From assembly GCA_038087875.1 (NCBI GenBank), contig CM075989.1:1550001-1614000 (forward strand): a stretch of DNA of 64,000 nt. The letters run 5' to 3'. The notes beneath the pieces were generated by a model. The model saw only the letters and a program-made list of their open reading frames with translations. It did not search any database and was not told the origin of the DNA. Made by a program: the position numbers and the translations under genes. The DNA comes from Malacoraja senta (Eukaryota). Positions within the stretch are counted from its first letter, which is position 1. Every line of letters starts with the position of its first letter. This document shows, piece by piece, positions 54,100 through 64,000 of the stretch.

Positions 54100-54420
54100 T
54101 TCCGCCTTTTTCCTTTTTTCCTTTCTTCTCCCCACCCTATATTAGTCTGAAGAAGGGTTTCGGCCCGAAACGTTGCCTATTTCCTTCGCTCCATAGATGC
54201 TGCTGCACCCGCTGAGTTTCTCCAGCATTTTTGTGTACCTTCGATTTTCCAGCATCTGCAGTTCCTTCTTTAACACTTTGTCTACTCCACTGCGAAATCT
54301 CGTCAAGGTATGCCTCCTCCTCCGCCTTTTTCCTTTTTTCCTTTCTTCTCCCCACCCCCTATCAGTCTGAAGAAAGGTTTCGGCCCGAAACGTTGCCTAT
54401 TTCCTTCGCTCCATAGATTT
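54100..54420 (+). mobile_element. Penelope-derived tandem pLTR insert in ERV-A
   Basis: TSD TGACAGTTACTT at ~54087 and 54421; two direct copies of the CTGAAGA..GAAAC unit. Confidence 0.8.
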
Positions 54421-56835
54421 TGACAGTTACTTCATTTCCTTTCTTAGATTCTTTGTATCTTTCCCTTGGCTCTCACTCCATTCTCTCCTTCTCTGTCTTC
54501 TTGAAGAGCATTCCCTACTCCAGTGACCTAATTGGTTACAATTGAAGCAAGCCCCATGTTCTCTACTTTAAAATATTTCTCCATGTTATTATGGGGCTGT
54601 TTATAATTCTTTCTTGACTCTGGATTATCTTTTCTACCTTCCTTGTACAATCTTCAGTATTTATACTAGTATATATATCAATCTTGATAAATTATTTTGA
54701 TGGGCCCAGGGGTAGGGGTCAGGTTATCTTGTCCAATGATTCTGGACTGGCTGGCTGATCAGGACTGTGAAAATGGGTTGGTCTGTGAAAAAAGGTGTTT
54801 GTCTTCTTGGTCCCAAATCTCCTGGCCCGTTTACTCTCTGTTCTCTTGGATCTCTGGGATTTAAAGACTTCCTGTAATCCCTAGGATCTCGAGAACTGTA
54901 TTCTCCAGGATCCCAAGAGTCCCTTTGATCCTGAGGGTCTCTTCTCTGACCCCTTCCTTCAATTTGTTCCCTTGTTGGACATGCTCTACTCCAATGCCCA
55001 GTCCCACCACAAGTATAACACTGATCTGGTCCCAGTATTTTAGTATTTCTTCTCCAATTTAGTCTCTAAGGCAAGCATATCATCGTACAAATGCTCTGGA
55101 TAGTCTGGAACCCTGATTTCCCTTGTTCCATATGTTACTATTATTTTAGGACTCCACTGTCCTGAGTCAGATTTGCGCTTCCTTTTTAACTACGTATTCC
55201 GTTTTTGGTTTTACTGCAGGCTGACCTTCCTGCTTTTTAATATCTTTCCAGTGATATCTCACCGCCCGAGCCATCTGACTGGAACTATTTTCCGATCAGT
55301 CCATATTATTGGTTTTAATTGATTCAGCCACATTAGTTGGAAGGCAGTTCAATAATAATGCGCAGTACTGAGGAGAATTTGCCCCATTCCTAAAATTCAG
55401 ATCCCCTGACTGATCCATGTATAACTCAGAAAATCTCTCTAAAAATCCATCTGCTCTCTCTCCTTTCTTTGGTCACACATCCAGAATCCGATCTACCGAC
55501 TTCTGAAGAGTATTCACAAGGGCAGTTAAAACTGCATCTTCTCTTGCACTATTGTCAGCAATCACATTAGCCAGTGCTTCATGAGTTGGGTGTCCTAGGG
55601 TTGCTAGGAATCTGGTATGATCTGTTGGAGTGACTATCTGTTGGATCACAGCTCATAACTCTCCAGAGTTTGCGTGATACACATGCATTGTGGTTCTAAG
55701 GTAATCCACAAAGGAAACAGGTGATTTCTTACACTGCCATCATCTCATTGGGTTTCTATGGGGTATATACATCAATAGTTCGGGAATTGTTTGCACCAAC
55801 TGCACTAACCGGATCAAAAGCTGGATTAGGCATTTCCCTGACTGGGAACTGCCTACGGGGCACTTGCTCTGCTCTCATGATATTGGCCAGATCGGGATCT
55901 CCTTCAGTGTCTCCCGCTACTGTCCGATATGTCTTCTTCACTAGGGGGATTACAGTACTTCTTAAAGGAACCTCTCCGATCTCTCGCTACCCGTCTAATT
56001 TGTCTAGGCTTCGGCTCACAAAAGTATTCTGGGGGTTGTACTATGTCTCTAATAACCTCTGTCTCCTTAAACACGGGAGCTATCTTCTTCGCTTTACTCC
56101 TGGTACCATGAGCTACTGGACTACCTGGCAATAGTGGAGCGGTTGGAGACAAAAAATCCTGTACTTGTGTTGCTGCTGTTTGTAAAGCAGACTTTGTCGT
56201 GGAATCTGTAGGTGGTGTTAAAGGTGCTGCAGGCTCGTGTCTGTTATGTGCGTAAGCTATACAATGTGTAGATGGAGTATGGGGAACGCAAGAGGAATAA
56301 TGTGGAGGCTGCGAACTTCTTCTAATTCCAACACTTTCCCAATCTTCCAAATAATCGTTTTCTCCCCTTCAAAGCCAATGCCAACCACCGGGTCCTTGAA
56401 TTCTAAATCTACTGGTGCCAGTTTCCCTTCAGAAGATTTATCTCTCCCCTGCTCCTTATGTTCTCTAGTACATCCACACCTCTTTCTCAAGGTGCCTAGA
56501 GGTCGATTTACTTCATCACCTCTTAGTTCTATTCCAAGCTTTGAAGCTGCTTCATGCCAATTCGCCATTCTCACAGCCTCTCTATTCGCTTTCTGCTCTT
56601 CATAATACTTTCTCCATAATCCTAACAACTCCTTTGCTATGTCACTATTGCTGCATTGCCAAATAATCTTTTCGATATACTTCACTTCCTTCAATGTTCC
56701 GACCCCTCCCAATTTCCTATTCAGCGCTCCCAAAAAATTCTTTAATCTCTCAGCCTTTTGTGGAAACTCACTACACACTAATTGTAACGGGCTTTCGGGA
56801 TCTTCAATAGTATCTCGTTCTATGTGATTTCCCAT
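54421..56835 (-). pseudogene. gag: ERV-A gag, frameshifted
   Basis: MGNHIE (myristoylation-type start), PTAP motif, capsid-like region, two CCHC knuckles. Confidence 0.85.
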
Positions 56836-57290
56836 TGTTGCCAACAATGGATACAAACTCTCAACGATTCACACACTCTCCCAACAATTCACATTCCTCT
56901 CGCAATCTTCCAGACTTATCACACTCGCTCCCAAACAATGGCCAAATGTTCCGCAGCGCATCAACAGTCTCACACTTCTCACAACACAATCACACAATCA
57001 ACTCTCCTTTCAAGCGGGTACCCAAAAATTCCTTTGCAGTCTCACACAAATTCACACAAGCTTCCAATCCGGTAAACAATTTCAAGTAACAATCCTTAGT
57101 CGACAAACAAGTTAAGGTGCTTTAGCAAACAATCAAACACACTCTTCAGCAGCAAATCTCCCACACTCAAAACACTTTAATCTAGGCACAGACAAATGAG
57201 TTCCAAACACACAAGCAAAATCATACTTAGACAAGAAACTATACCACTTATTATTATCATAGAAAAACACACTCCAATGTAAAATACAAG

Positions 57291-58386
57291 TGTAAATTGC
57301 TAATATCTAAGCTTCCCCCAGTCTAGTTTCAGTAAAAACTGAATCAAGCACTTGAATAACTAATCTTTATTTTAACAAAAGCGCAATCACAGTTCAACTA
57401 CTGTACCTATCCCACTGCAGGTTTGATCCTCGTATCTGCCTGATCAAGCCTGCTAAGCCTTGCTCAAACAGAGACACTCCAGAAAGTCACGCAGTCCCAA
57501 GCGCTCTCCCAGAAGATACAATAAAATACAATACCGTTTATTGTCATTTGAACCTAAGTTCAAATGAAATTTCGTTTCTGCAGTCATACGAACAAGAAAC
57601 AAAACCTAGACACACAATTAACACAATTTACACAGACATCCAAACACCTCCTTACTGTGATCGAAGGCAAAGTCTTCTCTCTCCCCTGTACTTTATTCTT
57701 CTCCCGATGTTAAAGCCCCCGATGGGTGATGGTAAGTCCCGTGGTCGTTAAGGCGATGTAAGACCCTGCTCCGGGTCTTGATGTGAGAGCCCCCAGTGGG
57801 CGATGGTAAGTCCCACGGCTGTTAAAGCCGCTCTGGGCGATTTAAGGCCCCGCTCTGGGTCATTTTTAACCCCGCGTTTCGGGCGGAAGAAGTTGCCATT
57901 GCGGGAGCTCCGAAAAGCGGTCTCCCACCAGGAACCTGCGAGCTCCCGATGCTACCGTCCAACGGGCCTGCGGCTGTAGCCTCCAAAGCTCCGAAGTCGG
58001 GTCACAGCCGCGCGCCACCACAGCTCTCCACGCTCCGAAGCTGGCCAGCTCCGTGATGGTGAGTCCGCAGGCTCTGCGACTGGAGCGCAAGGTCGGTTCC
58101 AGTTGGAGGCCGCTCCATGGTGCTAGGCCCCAATGACAATGGAGACCCGACAGGGAAACGGTCGGGTCCCCGTACAGGGAAGAGATTTAAAAGTTTTAAA
58201 CATTTGAGAGAATTTAAGAGAAACAAGGAGAACACCTGGACCCCATACCATCCTGCATATCATTCTGAGCCTAGACTGGCTGGCGCCAATCAAAGCATGT
58301 AAAGTTCAGCTGACAAGGGTTAAGTAATTCTGACAAGTGCAGGGATCCTCCATTTTATGGTGTCTTTAATTTAGCCAATATTAACA
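57291..58386 (-). repeat. ERV-B 3' LTR, interrupted by a retroelement at ~57517-58200
   Basis: TG..CA ends on minus strand; 57291-57500 is a direct repeat of 63788-64000; PPT AAAATGGGGGAA. Confidence 0.88.
57517..58200 (-). mobile_element. GC-rich non-autonomous retroelement
   Basis: Homologous to 20235-20710. Confidence 0.7.
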
Positions 58387-58419
58387 TTCCCCCATTTTAT
58401 CATTCATGATAACCCTCAA

Positions 58420-59870
58420 CATCAACATACTGCACTAATGTAGAATTCATTTTAAACTTTAAAGTACTTAGCTGATCCTGCAGACTCCTGGAAAATAAAG
58501 TAGGCGAGTTGAGAAATCCTTGAGGCAACCTGGTCCAGGTATATTGTTGACCCTTATAGGTGAAAGCAAACAAATATTGGCTGTCTTCATGAAGAGGAAG
58601 AGAAAAGAATGCATGTTGCAAGTCGACTATCGAAAAGACTTTGGCTTCAGCTGGTATTTGGGCTAGGATATGGGCAGGATTTGGCACTAGGGCATGAAGT
58701 GGTTCGACAACAGAATTGATTTCCCTTAAGTCTTTTGCGAGTCTATATTGACCCTCCTTTCCCGGTTTCGGAACGGCAAGAATAGGGGTGTTCAAGTTCA
58801 AGTTCAAGTTCAAGTGAGTTTATTGTCATGTGTCCCTAATAGGACAATGAAATTCTTGCTTTGCTTCAGCACAACAGAACATAGAAGGCATTGACTACAA
58901 AACAGATCAGTGTGTCCATATATCATTATATAAATATATACACACATGAATATGTTACAGATAGATTGGCACTTCACCAATATTCCTAGTTCTAGCAAAC
59001 CCCGAGTTAATTTGTCTATGCTGCTGATGGCCTGTAGTTTCAATGGATATTGTTGGATTGAAGGAAGTGTTACCCCTTTCTGGAGAGCTACACGGATGGG
59101 ATTGATGTTCATGCATCCTACCTGAGCAGTGTCCTCCACCCATACTTGAGGGTCCACGTACTCGTATACCTCACTCCCCAGATGATGATGTAAGTGGGCA
59201 ACAACCTTCCTTGGGGCCTGGTAAAATTCAACAACAAATTGATTAGACAAATGTTGCTTTTGATAATTATTCGGGTTTGCCAAGGTAATTGCCGTTCTTA
59301 CCATCGTTCCTCAGTCTTTAGCTCCAACCGGGAAATTCACCTTTCGAGTGATGTGAGGAGCAGCCTCGTCAGTTCTTTACCATAACTGTGCTGGTATTTT
59401 AGCATATTCGGCAGCTCCCTCTTTCCCTTCCACTAGTGCCAATACTTCTATTTCCCATTCCTGTCCTATGTATGATTTAAAGAAGGTTTCCAGCTCACTA
59501 TTCTTTCCACTTCTATCGTAAGCCAGTGTAAAGTGAAGTGGGGGTCCTTCATCCAGATCTAAGGACTACCATTGAGTGGTCACTATGGAGTAACATTGTC
59601 ATGCAGGGGGCCTGGGGGTCACTACTATATCTCTATCGGCACATACTATTTTTAGTTGGAAAGCACAGAGTAAATCTCTTGCCATCAGGTTGCAAGCTAA
59701 TCCAGTGGTTATCACAAATCTATGTTTGATTGTCTTTCCTCCATATACTGCTTCAACTGGCTCAGAGATGGGATATTGGCAAATTTGTCCTTGAAACCTG
59801 GACAGATTCTGAACTTCTATTGATTCTGGTAAATTATAAATTGATTGAATGGATGACACGGATGCACAGG
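58420..59870 (-). pseudogene. pol: ERV-B pro-pol remnant (PR C-half, 2H domain, RT N-half; LINE-tail insert at ~58791-58953)
   Basis: NLMARDLL, LHFTL..PHIT, DLQHAFFSLPL, WTRLPQGFLNSP, QYVD. Confidence 0.9.
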
Positions 59871-59874
59871 TGGG

Positions 59875-61389
59875 CCATCCTGCTTCTTTATTTCCTTCCA
59901 ATAATATCTTATAGCCCTGGCCATTTGACGCACTATTTTCTGTCCAGTCCATGTTATTAGTCTTAATGGCTTCTGCTACGTTGGTGGGAATCCAATTCAG
60001 TAGGATGGCACAATATTGAGGGGAATTTACTCCATTTCTGTAATTTAAGTCACCCGATTGATCCATATATAATTCAGAAAATCGCTCAAAGAACTCATCT
60101 GCTCCTTCTCCCCTTTTTGGTCTTACATCTAATATTCTGGCCAAATCGGTTGGTTTCTGAAGGGTGTTGGCAAGAGCTGTTAAAGCAGCTTTCTCCCTTG
60201 CTCCATTGTCTGCTATTATATTTGGATGAGCTTCATGCGACGGATGTCCTAAATTCGTTAGAAATCTGGCATGCTCACGGGGTAATTATTAGCTGGGTCA
60301 CCGCCCATAAATCCCGGGAATCAGCGTGATAAACGCGCATTGTAGTTCTTAAGTGATCCACAAAAGAAGCGGGTCATTTTCTACGATCGGGTATTTGACT
60401 TAAATAGCCATCATCTCGTTAGGCTTCCATGGGGAATAGACTCTAATTGTACGGGGATTATTTGCACTTACTGCATTGGCTGGATCAAAAGAAAGATTAG
60501 ACATTTCCCTTACAGGGAACTGTCTAAGGGTTGTTTGTTTAGCTTCAGGATCTACCTCAGCCTCTTGAATTATGGTCTCACACCCAGATGTATCTTCCCC
60601 TTCACGGTACTTTCTAAAGGATTTCTTTCCTTTCTTAACTGCTCATTCAATTAGTCTAGGGGTACGCTCTTCTTTTTCCATGACTAATTTTGTATTTTTC
60701 CTAGTTTGGCTTCTGGTACCGTGAACTCTAGGACTGTCTGTAATGGAGGGAGCGGTCGGGGTTAAGGAAGTCTGTGCCCATGGAATTTGATTGTCTATTC
60801 CTATTACGAAATTCGCGTTGTGCATTTGAGGTATTGGGATCGTAAGGTGAATAAGGTGGTGGACATGAATTTCTATTTCTAACATTCTCTCCCAATCTTC
60901 TAAATAATCTTCGTCACCCCCCTCGTAACCAGTGCCAACCATTGGATCCTCATGCTTAAAACTTATGGATGACAGTTTCTCTGTGGAAGATTTCCTTCTC
61001 CCTTTATATTTAATACTCTCAGGCTCTTCCCTTAGGCTACCCGGAGGTTCAAATGCTTCAGTATCCTCTAATTTTAGAGTTGCTTCCTTCCAATTTGCCA
61101 TTCGTTCCACCGCTCTACTCTCTTTCTATTCCTCATAATAATTTCTCCACAATTCAATTAATTCTTGTGCCTCTATATTATCGCTGCACTGTAATATAAT
61201 CTGCTCAATGTATTTTAATCCCTTTACTGTATCTATGCCCCCTCGGGGCCATAATTCATTCCCTAATTCTCTATTTAACGATCCGGAAACGATTCTCAAT
61301 TGATCAGCTTTTTGTGGAAATTCACTGCATATTTCTTGCAGAGGGCTTTCCGAGTCAGCGGTCATATCTTTATTTGCATGGCTTCCCAT
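59875..61389 (-). pseudogene. gag: ERV-B gag, disrupted, nucleocapsid deleted
   Basis: MGSHANK start, PTAP, homology to ERV-A gag. Confidence 0.85.
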
Positions 61390-63768
61390 TCTGTTGGATA
61401 AGGAAGCAACTCTAAACTACTCGCACCTCTTAACAATTTCCCTTTCTAATTTTGAAATTACCAAAGTCGTTTTAGACAATTTTCAAATCAAAATGCTCCA
61501 GGAAACAACCAATCACACTCTCGCAGCCCGTCTCCTATCCCCAATCTTAATCTGAACGCATGTAAATGAACTCTATACACGTGAGCAAAATTGAACACAA
61601 AAAAGGAAATTAGTCCACTTATCAGAAGTATACCTCACCACACTCCTGCATAAATCAAAAACATTCACTTATTACAAATCACGCACTCCAAGAAATCCTC
61701 TTCATGGTGCAATCGTTCAGCGGGATGACTCCTCTCCCGACGCAGTGATCGAAAGAGTACAACCCCTGATCGAACCACCCCAATTCAGATTCTCACAATA
61801 CGATCTTAAACAAATACAAATATTTCACTCAAACACACTCTTATTTCAAGTTTCTAAATCTGTAAACACTCACATAAGCATCAACACAAATGACGGTCCA
61901 CGGACTTAACACGATCTAAATCTTAACTTTTAATTCTTAATACACTCTAAGTTTATTTACATACACAGAATATTTATAAAATTAAGATTTATAAATATTT
62001 ATAAAGCTAGATTTTTACAATATACAAAATGATTTAAAGCACTAGCGCACAGTTCATGAACACTCAATCTCGATATCGCATCACACTGTTATCACGCAGT
62101 AAACCGCTCCCTCTGATACCGAAGATTTTAACCTTCCTACATTACTCTTTGCTGAGTGATACTACTCCTTTAATGACTACTTTTTCTCCCGAATGGTACT
62201 ATCGCTCTGCTAAGACTGGACTTCTATAGGGGGACCTCTATCTCTCCTCTCTAAATTCTACAGAATTAGGGGTACCCTTCGCATTTGGATTACTTTTCAT
62301 AAAGTAAAGAGGTTCCCGTCTCTCAGGTACTCTTCACTATCAGGTACTAGTCAACAATCGACCAGCGGGTTACTATTCACTGTTGATCAGCCGCTATTCG
62401 GAATCGATCACGGACATGCACCAACTCCGAAGTTCAATATACAGGAATTCGAATTCCACCTTACTGGCAGAACTTCAATATGAAATTCAGTATTTGAAAA
62501 TGTGGCTTTGCAAATATAGACTCGAACTCGAACTCCTAATTTTAGTGTGTATCTCTTCTACTACGCGGACACTATGGAAGTTATAAACAAGTTACTTATT
62601 TTTACTTTTGTATTCTTAATAAATACATTTGTATCTTTGTGTGTAAACTTATAAACTAATATGTAACAGAACAAAATGGTGTCATCTAACCTTGGCTTTA
62701 GCTGAAACATAGCTGGGAAATTAAAAGCAATAGTTTGGAATTTCAGGGCGGCGAGAGAGGAAGAGATATGGGGGGAAATGTAAAGACTGAACCAAGGTTG
62801 GACGTTAATGGTGGCGAGGCAGAGAATACTAAAATCAAAGACAGATTGATGCAAAGGAGTACAGCATGAAAGATAATGTAGCAGAGATAAGGCTGAAAGA
62901 GTGTAATAAAAAGCTGCTTGTTTCTGTGGATCGGAGAGCAATTAGAGAGCGGACAGGTGGTGTCATCTCTAAATGTTCCAGCCGAATATTTGCAAATAAA
63001 GGCTTTTCGTCTTCTTGAAGAATTCTCCGTGTCTGTGTCATCTTATCCAAACTTTGAGTCTTAAAACCACGACAAAATTCGAATCAAACTAAAATTGCCC
63101 AGTTGAATTCTTGAATGGACTGGAGTATTCAGGCCAATCTATACGCTGTCCATCCAAGCCCAGTACCTTTACGAGGTTCTTCATCCGTCACTTCTGGGAG
63201 AGACTCAGATACCTTCACGCAGACACTCCTCTCTGCTGGGCACCGAGGATTCAGCGCCTAGCCGCTTCGCGCTATGAGTTATCAATGCCGGTTTTCAGAG
63301 CGCACATTTTCAATTCGCAATCGGCAAAAATCCGATCGAAGGTCAGACCTGTATTTTAATACCCCACCAATTGGATACCAAGTCTAACCCTGGGCCACTC
63401 CTCGCACAATGAAACACATTTGGCTATTGTTAAAGCAGCTGCAGTCTGCCAACTACGACCAAAGTTTTGGGCCCCTAACCCAGGAAAGGGCCTCTAACCC
63501 AACCCCAGCAGGGCCCCACCCTGGTTTTATGGGCCTCTAACCCAAAGGAGTACAACCCCCCCCCCGTCCCCCCCCCCCCCCCCTCCGTGCTTGCTAGATT
63601 CTGTTCTAATGATCTCGATTAGACCCTTTCCCAATGAATGATCGATCCGTTCCGACTAACGGTGCCGAAAATCATTGCAAAAACTGCAACGTGGGCCCGA
63701 TATCTGCACTCGCGATCGAAACAGCTCAATACCCTTGATCGCAAACTTGTGTTTGTGGGTCTGTTGAG

Positions 63769-63786
63769 ACCCCGGATGAGTCCCCA
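63769..63786 (-). promoter_or_regulatory. Primer-binding site, tRNA-Pro
   Basis: TGGGGACTCATCCGGGGT, 15/18 to TGGGGGCTCGTCCGGGAT, 1 nt after the LTR CA end. Confidence 0.85.
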
Positions 63787-63787
63787 A

Positions 63788-64000
63788 TGTAAATTGCTTC
63801 TATCTAAGCTTCCACCCAGTCTAGTTTCAGTAAAAACACTGAATCAAGCACTTGAACAACTAATCTTTTTTTTAACAAAAGTGCAATTATAGTTCAACTA
63901 CTGCACCTATCCCACCGCGGGTTCGATCCTCGTATCTGCCTGATCAAACCTGCTGGGCATTGTTCAAACAGAGACACTCCAGAAAGTCACGCAGTCCCAA
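63788..64000 (-). repeat. ERV-B 5' LTR (partial, runs off window)
   Basis: Direct repeat of 57291-57500. Confidence 0.9.

Larger units (their letters stand above)
49690..57290 (-). mobile_element. ERV-A: class I (epsilon-like) endogenous retrovirus, env-less, defective
   Basis: gag from 56835, 2H/RT/RNase H/IN remnants, PPT, 3' LTR starting TG at 50747. Confidence 0.9.
57291..64000 (-). mobile_element. ERV-B: related class I ERV, internally deleted
   Basis: 5' LTR (>64000-63788), PBS, 2.4-kb leader, gag, PR remnant, 2H, RT to YVD, PPT, 3' LTR 58386-57291. Confidence 0.9.

Noticed and set aside
54137..54355. Duplicated MGRRKEKRKK ORF starts (also N-terminus of ORF 53407-54135)
   Set aside because: Derived from the Penelope pLTR insert, not retroviral protein
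57291..57500. This LTR as the 5' LTR of ERV-A (shared-LTR tandem)
   Set aside because: No PBS follows it, it is preceded by the ERV-B PPT, and the ERV-A 3' LTR is distinct

Overview
Eukaryotic intergenic or intronic DNA, almost entirely transposon-derived, with no convincing host exon. The V-SINE/HE1-type SINEs and HER1/CR1-type LINEs suggest a cartilaginous fish such as a skate or shark (inference). Main contents: (1) three same-strand DIRS1-type tyrosine-recombinase retrotransposons with ITR/ICR termini and an adenine-methyltransferase-like domain; (2) many CR1 copies, one young with an open 650-aa RT frame; (3) Penelope (GIY-YIG) fragments and many short inserts carrying a minimal hammerhead-ribozyme-like core; (4) two non-autonomous Helitrons, Harbinger and Tc1/pogo MITEs, and a TAG..CTA DNA transposon whose coding remnant resembles a Spindlin-type Tudor domain; (5) a decayed Ty3/Gypsy element; (6) a ~1.4-kb (TG)n array; (7) two related, env-less, class I (epsilon-like) ERVs on the minus strand, one apparently nested in the leader of the other. 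Both ERVs carry a 2H-phosphoesterase-like (HxT..HxT) domain upstream of RT, and one Gag has two widely spaced CCHC knuckles. All family calls are by eye from motifs; no searches were run and boundaries of decayed elements are approximate.
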